In this document: positions 50,936 to 64,000 of the stretch, piece by piece
Numbering within the stretch: position 1 is the first letter of the stretch
How the letters are laid out: each line of letters starts with the position of its first letter
Assembly: GCA_951406725.2 (NCBI GenBank)
Contig: OX597819.1
Location: 78,802,001 to 78,866,000 of the forward strand
Direction: 5' to 3'
Length of the DNA stretch: 64,000 bases
Source of the DNA: Octopus vulgaris
Taxonomy: Eukaryota
Translations under genes and position numbers: made by a program
Notes under the pieces: generated by a model
The model's input: the letters and a program-made list of their open reading frames with translations, nothing else
Database searches by the model: none
Told to the model about the DNA's origin: nothing

Positions 50936-51833
50936 CTTTGTGTTTATATTTGTCTGCCCATCATCGCTTGACAATTGATGTTGGTGTGTTTACGTCCCTG
51001 TAACTTAGCTGTTTGGCAAAAGAGACTGATAGAATAAGTACTAGGCTTACAAAAAATAAATCTTGGGATCGATTTCTTGTGAATGTACAAGTCTCCATAC
51101 TCTTTATCATTTTTAATATTATATATAGACACATCCACACACATATATGACGGGTTTTTTCCAGTTTCCATCTACCAAATCCACTCACAAGGCTTTGGTC
51201 GGCCCGGGGCTGTAGTAGAAGACACTTGCCCAAGGTGCCGTGCCTTAGGACTGAACCCGGGACTATGTGGTTGGGAAGCAAGCTACTTGCCACACATATA
51301 TATTATTTCATTACTTTGATTCATTGTTGTGGTTTGGTTATAGATTTATGTAAAATAGAAAGTAAATGTTGGCTCATGTGTGCTGGGTTGGGAGTCACTC
51401 TGAAAATAGCTCTGTAATGAAATACTATAACTGCTTGTCATTCAGTACCACTTGCTCAGTGTAGCACTGTTTCTTTTGGGCTCATTTATCCAATATTATA
51501 TGTCCTTTGTTTTTTTAAGTTGGTTGGATGTGATTTGTGAGCCAGTGAAGCTTATGTAGTAGCTTCTCTGAAATTATTGTTGCTTAGTTTCTCCTTAGTT
51601 TTGGTCAAAGATATTTTATTTGTATTTATATAGTTTTGAAGCCTTTTTTTTTGTGTGTGCTGCTTCTATTTACTACTTTGAACCTGTCTAGGGTACCCGT
51701 TTACAGCTCACCAGCCTGGGCTGTTGGGAATCAGGAAGCCTGTAAGTCTTTTAGGCTTAAAAATCATAGATTTTAATCATTTTTATCCTTGTTTCTGTGA
51801 CCTTATTGGCACACCGCCTCCAGTGGTTTAGTT

Positions 51834-52118
51834 CAGTGGTTCCCTAACTTTTTCAAACTGCCACCTCTTTTGGCATCCAGGCCACATTAGTAACACCCCC
51901 ACCTCCTTACCACCACAAACACAGACCACACTTTCTACATCAAATTCAAAACATCTGTATTTCAGTAATAAACTTGACCTAATCAACCCATTATTTTGTT
52001 GTTTTACATCCATTACCCCCTGTTGACCACTACATCCATTACCCCTTATTGACTGATTATTGCCCCTACTTTTCTCCAGTGGTCCCCCCCCCCCCCACAC
52101 ACACATTCAGAACCACTG
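51834..52118. mobile_element. hAT-like MITE with an 8-bp target-site duplication
   Basis: TIRs cagtggttc / gaaccactg. Flanks gtttagtt (51826-51833) and gtttactt (52119-52126) match at 7/8. It interrupts a SINE tail. Confidence 0.8.
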
Positions 52119-52909
52119 GTTTACTTGAACAAATTGAAATTAGTTCTTATGTTTTAAGTCTGGTACCTATTTTGTTGGCCTCTTCAGCAGAAACCATTAA
52201 GTTATGGGGTCCTAAATAAATCAGCATGACTTGTCAAGAGGGGACAAACTCATACATACGACACACACACACAAAAAAAAAAAAACAAAGACCCCCTTCG
52301 ATCATGAATGATCATGAGATTGCTCCACCAATGTTATCCAAGAGAAAGGCAAAGGCCGATACAGTTTGGCACCTGTGACATCGCAACTCATTTCTACAGC
52401 TGAATGAACTGGAACAACATGAAATAAAGTGTCTTGCTCAAGAACACAACACACAGCCCAGTCCAGGAATTGAACTCACAATCTCATGATTGTTAACCCG
52501 ATGCTCTAATCACTGCGCCATGTATCATCATATACATACATACATAATGATAATGGTTACCACTTCTTTACAGAAGGCCATCTCATCAATTAGTAAATGT
52601 CGTCATAAAATCTCATATAATTAACCAATCTGGTTTTGGACGAACAGACCCTACAGCAAATGTAACAAATATTTTCAGGCAGAAAAGTAGTCTGGGATTG
52701 AAGTCAAGTCCTGTTTACAAATTGCTTGGTTTCAAAATGGATCTCTTTGCTTCAAATGCTTTACAACCACCATAGATCACTTTTTTCTCAAATTGATTGA
52801 TTTTCTGTCATTTACTCCCAGTTTTCAACATTCACACTAAGAGCCATAGTGAAGTTCACTAAGCTTACACACACTCACACACACCAACACACACACTTTT
52901 TTTTATCCC

Positions 52910-54015
52910 GCATTTGTTTTGGTTGTTAGACTGTGCCCATGTTGGGGCATTGCCTTGAAGAATTTTAGTCAAACTAATTGACCTCAATACTAGATTTATT
53001 TTTAAGCCTGGTACTTGTTCTATCATTCTGTTTTGCTGAACTGCTAAGTTATGGGGGACATAAAAACACCTACATCAGTTGTCAAGCAGTGGTGGAGGAC
53101 AAACATGGACACAAAGATATGCACACACGCACACACTGGGCTTCTTTCAGTTTCCATCTACCAAATCCACTCAAAGTTGGCCTGAGACAATTGTAGAAGA
53201 CAGCTGTGCCTAAGGTGCCACACTGTGGAACTGAACCCAAACTCATGTGATTGGGAATCAAACTTCTTAACACACAGCGCTATATATATATATATATATA
53301 TACACGACACACACACACACACACACACACACAATAATCCCTCGACTATCAAAAGTGTTGTGTTCCAACCCCCCCTTAATAGGTGGAGTAGGTACAGTAC
53401 TGCACTGTACATTTTAAAAATTATTTTTATAATTTGTATATATTTATTTTATTATAAATGCTAAACAGCACCACAGACGAATCAATGTAAGCTTAAAAAT
53501 AGACCGTGATAGGTGAACCACTATATGGCAAGGGATTCTGTGAGTGGCTGTGTGGTAAGTAGCTTGCTTACTAACCACATGGTTCCGGGTTCAGTCCCAC
53601 TGCGTGGCACCTTGGGCAAGTGTCTTCTACTCTAGCCTCAGGCTGACCAGTCTTGTGAGTGGATTTGGTAGACAGAAAAAGAAAGAAGTCCATTGCACAC
53701 TCACACACACACACGCACTTGTGTGTCTGTGATTGACCCCCCCTCCCCATCATCTCTTGACGACTGATGTTGGTATGTTTACGTCCCCATTACGTAGCAG
53801 TTTTGTAAAAGAGATGGATAGAATAAGTAGTAGGCTTACAAAGGATAAGTCCGAGGGTTAAATGACTGAAACAAATAAAAGAATATATATATGGACCTAC
53901 CAAAATCTACTCGCAAGGCAACTATAGTAGAAGGCACTAGGCTAAGGTGCCACACACTGGATTGAACCCAAAACTACTTGACTGTAAAACAAGTTTCTTT
54001 ACTATACAGCCATGT
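52910..54015. mobile_element. Cluster of three family-A SINEs in alternating orientation
   Basis: Minus ~52910-53280, plus ~53543-53885, minus ~53895-54015. Confidence 0.75.
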
Positions 54016-56605
54016 CTAATATTTTATGGAATTCTAAGATTTCAATGTAAATGTTATTAAACATCATAAGCAACCAATTAGAAAATGAAAAAGAGCAACA
54101 AGCCCACTCATGGAACATGCATCAACCTTGAACCACATATCTATATATGGCAAGCAATAAATATCTGGTTTGATGGTTCAAATCCCCATTAATAAACCCG
54201 TTGTATTTTTTTTTTCTCTTTTCTTTCTTTCTTTTTTTTTTTTCAAAAGTAAAGGGGTTTGGGTTTTTTTGTTTTTTTTTTCAAGGTTTAAATATCCGCT
54301 CTTCCTACATTGATGTAAAATAAATCAAAACTGAAAGCAAAACAAATAAAATCAAAAAAAGAAACAAACAAAGAAAGCGAAAACAAAAGAGAGCTGTGAG
54401 GGTGGAGTTGTGAAGGAGTGGGTAGTGAAAAATGATATTGTAAATTGTTGATCTTCCAAGCCCTCGTCACACACCACCGCTACGCTGCCCCCTCTCCTCT
54501 ACCAATAAAATTAAATAAACCAGGCGCCAAACCAGTTAGTTGCGAAATAATAAAGTTCATATTGTATTAAACCCTTAATATTTTTTTTTATCTTTTCTGG
54601 TTGTTTTTTTTTTTTTTTTCAAATTTTATTTCCTTTTTTTTATTTTTGGCATTCTATCTTTCCCACACCACTGCTGTCACAACCATCACTACCAGCGCCA
54701 CCACCATCATTCCGTTGTCGAGAAAATGTTAGGTTGTAGTAGGTAGGGTTGTGGTAGAGATGGTGGTTATAGTGGTGGTGGTTGTTTGTAGTGAAGAAAA
54801 TGGTTAGAATCTGTGTGTGTGGTTTGGATGTTAAAATAGCCAGTTTTTAAATTCTTGTCTGTTTAATTGACTCTTTCTGTTGAGTTGATGGTCTTTTAAA
54901 ATCGCTATAGTTCAGGTGTGAGTGAGTGAGTGTGTGTGTGTGTGTGTGTGTGTGTACTAACCTAGCCATATAAGGTGAGATGAGATGAGGTGGTAGTGTG
55001 TTAGGAAGGTGTCGGTGGTGATGAAAATTGTGTTGTGATGGCGATGACGACCAATGACGAAGATGATGATGATGATGATGATGATGTTCATGATGATAGC
55101 AGCAGCAGTATTACGGATGATGATGAAACTGGGATGGTGTTTGTAGGCTGTGGAGATGGTAGTGATAATATATAGTTTAGTGGTGGTGGCGACGATGATG
55201 ACGACGATGATGATGATGATGAAATAGTGATGAAGTGCATATTGGCAGTGATGGTGGTGGTAAAAGAGATAAATATAATTTTGGTGATGACAGTGGTAAT
55301 GGTAACAGTGTTGGTGGTGCTTGCGTTGATGATAATGACATTAGTAGTAATGATGGCGGGTGGGGGCGGGGAGACAATGGTGGTGGTGATGATGACGATG
55401 ATGATCTCTTGCCAGACAATGCCAAGACATGATCACCAACATTAGTGTCTTGTCAAATTGTATTATACTCCAGTGAACATCAGGCGCAGCTTTCGCTCTC
55501 TCTCTTTCCCTCTCTCTCATTCTCACGCTCTCATTCTCTATCTCTCTCTCTTTCTCTCTCTCTCATTCTCTCTTTTATTCATTCCTTTTGCTCTCACACT
55601 CTCTCTTTCTCCTATCATTCTGACTCTTTTTCAGCTCACACATTTCCACTTTCTCTCTTTCTCTCTCCCCCCACATACTCGTACACACCCACATACAAAC
55701 ACACACACACACACAAGCTATGTACACCTACAAACACCACACACACACACACACACACACACACCTACCAAACACACTGTGAGACTTCTGACTTTAACTA
55801 TCTGACAGGCTTTTCATTTTTTTCCAAGTTTCTTCATCGTCATCATCATTTTGATTGTCATCACTGTCATCAGTAAAGTCATCATCACTGCAATCATCAT
55901 CATCATCATCATCATCCACAGCAGCAACATCATTGTGCGTTGTGTGTGTGATTGTATTTAGTCAATGATTTAATGTTTGCTGTTGTTGCCAATACTAACA
56001 CCACAGCCTGTCTTCTTAAATAAAACACTTAACTCTTACAGTCTATTTGTCTGTTTGTCTGTCCGTCTGTCTGTCTGTTTGACTCTTATTTTGCCTGCCA
56101 CTTGTAGGCTTTCTCTGTCTGTCTGTCTGTCTGTCTCTCTTTGCCCTTTTTTTGTTGTTCATCTGTCAGTTTCTCTGTTTGTCAACCTCTCAGTGAATCT
56201 TCCCCCCCCCCCGTATCCTGTTTACCCACCTCTCAATCTACTTGTTTTGGCCGGCTGTCAGTCTCCCTGTTTTGGCCATCTGACAATCTACATGTTTATC
56301 CACCTGCCAGTCTTCTACCTGTTTTCTATTTGTCCATCTACCTGTTTTCGCCATCTGTCAGTTTACCTGTTTGTCCTTCTGTCTGTTTACCTGTTTGTCT
56401 ATCTTGTCTACCTCTCAACCTTATTGTTTGACCATCTGTCAGTTTATCTGTTTGGCCATCTGTCAATCTTCCTGCTTTTCTGTTTGTCAGTCTACCTGTT
56501 TGTCCATATCTGTCAATCTATTCTGTTTGACTAGCTATCAATCTACCTGCTTGGCCATCTTCAAATCTACATGTTTGGCCATCAATTAATTTTCCTGTTT
56601 GACTA

Positions 56606-57037
56606 TCAGTCAGTCTACCTGTATTTTCACCTGTCAACCTACCTATTTGTTCATCTGTTAAACTTTCTGTTTGACCATCTGTCAATTTATTTATTTTTTT
56701 TTGTCTGTTAACCAACCAGCCTGTCTGTTTGTCTTTCAGTCAACCTCCTCATTGTCCATCCTTCAATCTACCCATATGTCTGTTCTTCATCTCTGATCTG
56801 CTTGTATGTCTGTTTATCAGTCTCAGTCAGTCTACCTGTATTCTCACCTGTCAACCTACCTATTTGTTCATCTGTTAAACTTTCTGTTTGACCATCTGTC
56901 AATTTATTTATTTTTTTTTTGTCTGTTAACCAACCAGCCTGTCTGTTTGTCTTTCAGTCAACCTCCTTGTTGTCCATCCTTCAATCTACCCATATGTCTG
57001 TCCTTCATCTCTGATCTGCTTGTATGTCTGTTTATCT
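56606..57037 (+). repeat. ~217-bp direct tandem duplication inside a degenerate ~28-bp minisatellite
   Basis: tcagtcagtctacctgtatt...tgtttatc starts at 56606 and again at 56823, nearly identical. Confidence 0.9.
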
Positions 57038-57315
57038 GTCTTTCTAGCCATCCGCCAGCCTCCCTGCTTATCCCTCTGTCCACCTACATGTTTGTTTATG
57101 TGATCGCTGATCCTTGATGGTTCTGCTCTAGCTGCTTAGCTCAACTCTCTGGCTGCCTATTTCTAACCCTGTTCTTTTAGCCACTCCTCATTTTAGTTGT
57201 GTGTGCACACCTCAGTTGGCTGATCAATAGCTTGTCAATTTATTGTTAAGATGTTAAAATATCAATCATCACATCTATAAATCATGAAATACACAGCTGC
57301 CACCATCTCCATTAC

Positions 57316-57515
57316 CATTTCTACTGTTGTCACTACATCTCATATCATTACAACTTTTGAAACTACTACTACTACTACTGCTGCTGCTACCGCCACTGCC
57401 GGCACTTTGTTCATGACCACCACTACTACTGTGTCTTCCAGTACTTATACTGCCAACATTTATGGACTCTCCTGTTGTAAATGTTGATTTTCTGCAGGCT
57501 GAAGGTGCCGTAGCA
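57316..57515 (-). CDS. Candidate 200-nt Ser/Gly-rich internal exon
   Basis: Long pyrimidine tract ending ggtttacacag, donor ATG|gtaatg. Only one frame is open (ATAPSACRKSTFTTGESINVGSISTGRHSSSGGHEQSAGSGGSSSSSSSSSFKSCNDMRCSDNSRN) and it exits in phase 1. Confidence 0.4.
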
Positions 57516-57756
57516 CTGTGTAAACCAAGAGATGTAACGAGAATGAGAACTGAGCATATACGAGAAGAGGGAGTGGTGATGGTGGTGGTGGTGGAGATAT
57601 GATGGTGATTAATGTAGTGGCTTTGGTTCTTGGTACTTGTTTTATTGGTGATTATTGGGGTGGAATTTGTTAGGAATCTAATACAAGCAATTGTAGGACC
57701 CTCTTTTAATTGTCGTAGCAGCTATAATAATAATGTTGATGGTGATGATGATGATA

Positions 57757-58412
57757 ATCCTTTCTATTTTAGGCACAAGGCCTGAAATTGGGTGGGTTTG
57801 TTAGTCGATTACATCAACACCTGTGTTTCACTGGTACTCAATTTATTGACCCTGAAAGGATGAAAGGCAAAGGTGACCTCAGCGCAATTTGAACATAGAA
57901 TGTAGTGACAGGTGAAATATCGCTAAGCATTTTGTCCAGCATTCTAACAATTCTGGCGACTCGCCACCTTAATAATAATGATAATAACAACAATAATAAT
58001 AATAATAATAATAACGATGATGATGATTTCAAATTTTGGGCACAAGGCCAGCAGTTTCTGGGGAGTGGGTAAGTTCATTACATCAACTCCAGTACTTGAC
58101 TGGTACTTGTGTTATTGATCTCAAAAGTAATGAGTGGTGGCCACTCAGCATTTTGCCAGCTCGCCACCTTAATAATAATAATAATAATAATAATAACCTT
58201 TTCTACTATAGGCACAAGGCCTGAAATTTAAGGGGAGGGGGATAGTTGATCACATCGACCTCAGTGTTTCACTGACACTTAATTTATCGACCCCGAAAGG
58301 ATGAAAGGCAGATTCGAACTTGGTGGACTTGCAACTCAGAATGTAAAGACAGACGAAATGCTGCTAAGCATTTTGCTTGGTTTGCTAACATTTCTGCCAG
58401 CTTGCCACCTTA
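57757..58412 (-). mobile_element. Run of family-B SINE copies separated by (TAA)n
   Basis: Repeated aggcacaaggcctgaaatt...aaggatgaaaggc...ctcgccacctt blocks. Confidence 0.8.
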
Positions 58413-61400
58413 ATACTAACAAGAGCACTCAGAGAGCACAAACCTCTGCCAAGAAAACACCAACATCTTCCCAGCGATTAACCAGAGAGGATTTTTAAAA
58501 TGAGAATATCTGAAATAATCTCAACTGCTCTCACAAATGAGTATACTAAAATTGAACCTGACCGCTCTCAAAAATTAAGTAAAAAAAACGGAAAATAATC
58601 CAAAATTCTTATCCGGTACTGGATTGATCCCAAAATCTAATCAGTTCATGCTAGTCATGAGGCCAAACATCCCTGAATATTTCATCCGAGTCCATCCAGC
58701 AGTTCTTGAGATATCATGTCCATAGACAAACAAACAAAGAATCAAGACCTGCAATACGACTCATGCCAATCAAAGTCCTAACGTTTTTTCATCCTAACAG
58801 TACTAATTAATTATTGACGTTGAAGTGCAATACATGGCTAAATGAATTGGTAAAGCACTAAAGAAAATTGTTTTTATTTAGTTTTCTTCTGTTGGTATTT
58901 CAAGCAATTTAAACTTACTTTATTCTGGGATTAATAAAAGAAAATGAATCCCAAGTAGTGGGCTTAATTTAACTGGCTGTATCGAAAGAGATATCCATAA
59001 AAGAATAAAATAAAAAGAAATAATAGGCCTCCTGTCTATATGTGAGGGCTGTGTGTGTCATTTGTGACCTTAAGTGAGGGACCTGGTTGTTCAACCTACT
59101 GGAACAGCATTACTTAGCTGAATCGTCTGATGTTTAAATGGAAGTCTCTGCATTTGTGGGCTGTCCTGATAATGTTTGTGTTGTCCGGTTTTATCTCTTC
59201 GGTATAGGGTGTTCAACAGGATCAAAGCTTGAGCTGTATGGTACAGAAGACTATTGCCCATGCATTGTGTTCCCATTTTTCCATGTCACTGACAAATCCT
59301 AAAGAACAGCATGGCTGTTACAATTTGGTACCAGTATCATCGCAGGAGGGTTATAGACAACATCGAACTACCTCAGAAGAAGGGTTGTAAACAACATCGA
59401 ACTGTCACAAAGGCTCCAGCTCCTGATTTTTTCCTTAAGGGTTAATTCTCAAGGCCTTTCCCATGGCTATGTATGGCTGCAAGGCAATGGAGATGTGGAA
59501 TCAGGATTTTCCTTCTAGTTGGTTTCCCTCACTTCACCTCCAACAGCTCTGGCTAATGAGCTGCAATTACTAAACTGACCCTGCTAATATACCCATAGCT
59601 GGAACCCTTACAGGGGCTACTACTCTGGGCCAGAGTAGATCTGGGAACACTCTTAACCAAGAAATGGTTTCTACACTCTTTAAAACTCTGGAACTCTCAA
59701 ACCAAGGTCTCTACCACGAGATACAGTTTAAAATCATACATATATCATATTAGAAATCAATTATTGCAAATTTTATGGTGGCTGTTAATTAAGGAATTTG
59801 CAGTGTTGTAACCCTTTAGCATTTAAACCTGCCATGTTCGGCCAAAATATTCTACCTGTTTTATGTTCAAACTGGCCAGATGTGGCCTCTCACACCTATC
59901 CTACAATGTCATTCCAAAACTAAGCTATCACATCTTCGAAATCTCATGGTCTTGATCCAAAACAATGTGAATAAATAAGCATTATATTTGACTGAGTAGA
60001 TCTGAATACCTATGGATTAAAGTTTGTTCTGGCTTGGTCTTGCATGAGTCTTAGGGATTCATAAGGTCAGGGCTCAACCCACTTCCTATGGTGTATAAGT
60101 GACTGAGATTACAACATTCCCCTCCTGGAAAGGATGCTAGTCTGAACTTATTGGTCCGAAAATCAAAATCATGACCTTATGATCACGGACACAAACATCC
60201 TAACGACTATGCCTTACTGGTTTTGTATATTTAATTTGATTGAAATATATGAAATATGTGTTGTATTGATATTTTTGTTCTAATTTTTGTCATTATTTTT
60301 TTTTTCATAGGGTTATTTTTACAGCACCTTTTTACTTTCAATATGGTTTGGATTTCTTTTGAAATTTAATGGTAAGTTTGAATTTTTCTTTTTTTTTTTT
60401 TCTTCTCCTTAAAAGAAAAAGTACTTGTAAAAAGGATTTTTATTTAAAATATATATAAAAAAAAAAAACAACTATTTAATTAGTTTGCTTGTATTAACAT
60501 TTATTTCAGTATCTTGGGCAAGTGTCTTGTGCTATCGCCTTAGGCTAACCAATGCCTTGTAAGTGAGTTTCGGAAGCAGAAAGTATTTCAAACCTATCTT
60601 GTCTCTGTGTGTGTGTGTCTGCATGCATGTGTGTGTGTATGCATGCATATATTAATCAGCAGAAAATTAGAAAAAGGGGTCAGGTGCTGAGTTTCATTCA
60701 TCACATTTATCAGTCTTGGAATTCTTTCAGCCCTTAAGTTCCTTTCGTTACTTTCTGCCAGTTAATATATTCCTTTATTCTCTTACTCATTTCAGTCATT
60801 TGATTATGGCCATACTGGAGCACTGCCTTAAAAGTTTTTTTTTAAGTCAAAGAAACTTACCCTCAGTACTTATTCTTTGTAAGCATAGTACTTACTATAT
60901 CAGTCTATTTTGCCGAGCTGCTAGATTACAAGGGCATAAACACACCAACATTGGTTGTCAAGCAGTGATGGGGAGATAAATGCAGACACAAAGACACACA
61001 AATACACATAGGCTATAGTAGAAGACACCTGCCCAAGGTGTCACGTAGTGGGACTGAACCAGGAACCAAGTGGTTGGGAAGCAAGCTTCTTACCACACAG
61101 CCGTGCCATGCAAACTTTAGGTCAGTCACAAACCTATTTTAACCGGCCTAATGTTCACATATGCCTGATCACTGTTTGGCATTGATACAGTTGAATACTC
61201 ATGCATGCACACACACAATTTGAGAGAGAGAAATTGGTGGATTTTCTGTGGCTAGATGCCTTTTGTGTTGCCAGCCCTCACTTAATTCCATGTAAGATAT
61301 TGTTCTCCTTTGGTCAGAAATATTTTCATAGGAGATTGAAAATGGACATCACTTGTGTGACTGTGACACTTGTTTACAACTGTCACATGATGTCAATGCA

Positions 61401-62642
61401 AGGAGAAGATAATGTGCATACACACGTATGTGTGAGTGAGAAATAGGCTTCTTTCAGTTTCCATCTACTAAAACCACTTATGAGGCTTTGATTCGCCCGA
61501 GACAATAATAGAAGACAGTAGACCAAAGTGCCAGTGGGACTGAATCCCAAAATTTGTGGTTGGAAAGCAAACTTCTTATTTCTTTACTACCCACAAGGGG
61601 CTAAACACAGGGTGACAACAAGGACAGACAAAGGGATTATGTCGATTACATTGACCCTAGTGTGTAACTGGTACTTCATTTATTGGCCTCGAAAGGATGA
61701 AAGGCAAAGTTGACCTTGGCGGAATTTGAACTCAGAACGTAACGGCAGACGAAATACCGCTAAGCATTTCGCCCGGTGTGCTAACATTTCTGCCAGCTTG
61801 CCGCCTTACCACACAACTATGCTTGTACCTGTGTGTGTGTGTAATAAAAGTTAGATAAATGACATGGGTACAAAAAAATTAAATAATGAGATTCGTAGCT
61901 GAGTGATTGTGTATCACTTTATGGCTCTGACAAAGCTATAAGTGATATACAAGCACTTTGCTATGAATGCATTTTATTGTATAGCTGAAACAGTTGTAAG
62001 CTAATGAAGTTCATTCCATAATTTCTTGTTCTTTTGCCATTATTCAGTTTTTTATTATGCTCTGTACTCGGCTAATGCTTTTTCTCTGAAGAATATGTCT
62101 ATTGAGTTTTTAACTCCAGATTATTAGTATCACCATGCCTAAGTGAAACATGAATATACATATATATTTATACACGCAAACACATGCATGCACTCGTATG
62201 ATATATATATGTTTTTGGTGGTGATTTATATGCCATATGGGTCCTTTAGTAATTTGCTACAGGATGGTAGAACCTTCCCAGTGGTGTTACTGTAACAAGA
62301 GAATGGTAAACTGTCATCAGCAAATTATTTAGTGTGTGTTTATGTGTGTGTTCCTTTCTAGGAAAGATTATAGGAAGAATCTTGTGTTCCAATTTGATGT
62401 AACAAGTCTTAGAGGAGTTGAGGCTATTGTTTGTTGGCTTTGGTGTGTGGTTTGTCTAGAGGGGTTAGAAAGTGTTTTGTCTTTTGTTTATTTCTTCTCT
62501 CTTGGGCAGGGCGGGAGTGTTATGTACTCTGAGTGATTCAGAGTGTAAATCAAAGGCTGCAATGATCACATGACTAAAACTTGACATCTATCATCACACT
62601 GTGACATTTGAGGATACCTTAGTTGCAGCTCCCCTTTTCTCT

Positions 62643-62796
62643 ATATATATATGTGTGTGTGTGTGTATGTATGTATATGTGTGTGTGTGCTCATATATTG
62701 TGTGTAGATTCATGTATCCATATGTATGTATTTGTGTGTATGTATATATATGTGTGTGTGTGTATATATATACATACTCATATGTGTCTATATATG

Positions 62797-62851
<55 letters not shown>

Positions 62852-63001
62852 TTATATATATATATATACTGTATGTGTTTATATATATATATATACTGTA
62901 TGTGTTTATATATATATATATATATATGTATGTGTATATATATATATATATATATATCTGTATGTGTTTATATATATATATATATATATACTGTATGTGT
63001 T

Positions 63002-63062
<61 letters not shown>

Positions 63063-63086
63063 TTATATATATATATATATATATAT

Positions 63087-63174
<88 letters not shown>

Positions 63175-63443
63175 TATATATATATATATATATATACTGT
63201 ATGTGTTTATATATATATATATATACTGTATGTGTTTATATATATATATATATATGTATGTGTATATATATATATATATACTGTATGTGTATATATATAT
63301 ATATATATATATTATATATGTATATATATACTGTATGTGTGTAAATATATATGTATATATGTATATATATGTGTGTATGTGTATATATATATATTATACA
63401 TATATATATATATATATATATATAGTGTATATATACATACATT

Positions 63444-63491
<48 letters not shown>

Positions 63492-63500
63492 TGTATAACT
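62643..63500. repeat. ~860-bp compound (TA)n-dominated microsatellite
   Basis: Direct observation; it produces the 247-291 aa Y/I/C/V spurious ORFs. Confidence 0.95.
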
Positions 63501-64000
63501 ATGTGTGTAAGGGTATCTGTATGTGAAGAGAGAGAGAAAGAGTAACAAGTTATACATCAATCGTTATCATTTGAAATATAAATTATACAAGACAACAACA
63601 GGCAGTAGAAATGAGAACAAGGGCAAGGGCGTTGCTGAAGGAAGATGTGGAGAATAGGGCAAGATGGGATGGGCTGTCATTGGGTCCTGCATGACTACCT
63701 CACCCCTCTTTTTTTTTTGTGTGGTAAGGAAAGTAGCCTTGAAATGCTTGTGACAGTTGTTAGCTTGTTTTGGGCATACAAAAGATAACAGAATATTCCA
63801 CAGGATTTGAAACTGGGTATCGCTCATATACTGTGGCAGCTATGTAGTTCTTTGTTCAGTCCCCACTGTGCAGCACCTTCAGAGCAAATGCCTTCAACTA
63901 TAGCTCCAGACTGATCAATGCTTTCTGAGGGAAAATTAGGTTGATGGAAACTCTGTGGAAGCCCATCGTTTGTGTGTGTATGTGTGTGTATTTCATCATA

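Noticed and set aside
59347-59404. Two ~35-bp direct repeats (agggtt...acaacatcgaact) as CRISPR-like
   Set aside because: Only two units, eukaryotic context and no cas genes; a simple tandem duplication.
62601-63526. 247-291 aa Tyr/Ile/Cys/Val ORFs (and similar ORFs at 36164-36924 and 47869-48479)
   Set aside because: Translations of (TA)n/(TG)n microsatellites.

Overview
AT-rich, intron-scale eukaryotic DNA packed with microsatellites and tRNA-derived SINEs. The repeat complement resembles an octopod (Octopus-like) genome; this is an inference from repeat families, not a database match. Almost all ORFs in the supplied track are artefacts of microsatellites and SINEs. Three signals stand out. 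(1) A minus-strand gene missed by the ORF track: six tiny AG/GT-flanked exons (40, 12, 38, 33, 8 and 33 nt) spread over ~27 kb splice into one open frame, DKQTTAAPQLHTLSIPDLDSKDLVWLEKQTVGERKAKPSTTPKKAIELTGFREDK. Three upstream exons each end in the phase needed to join it, and two further candidate exons lie downstream. I could not identify the protein. (2) Penelope-like fragments carry minimal type I hammerhead ribozyme motifs inside inverted repeats (near-intact at 6299-6338; related copies at ~39163 and ~2430). (3) Foldbacks and chimeric insertions, including a 277-bp ~96% inverted duplication of a SINE and a tRNA-Ser 3' half fused to a SINE inside an R4/Dong-like LINE relic. Non-autonomous Helitrons, piggyBac- and hAT-like MITEs and tandem duplications are also present. 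Everything was read by eye, so the gene model and repeat boundaries need computational or RNA-seq confirmation.
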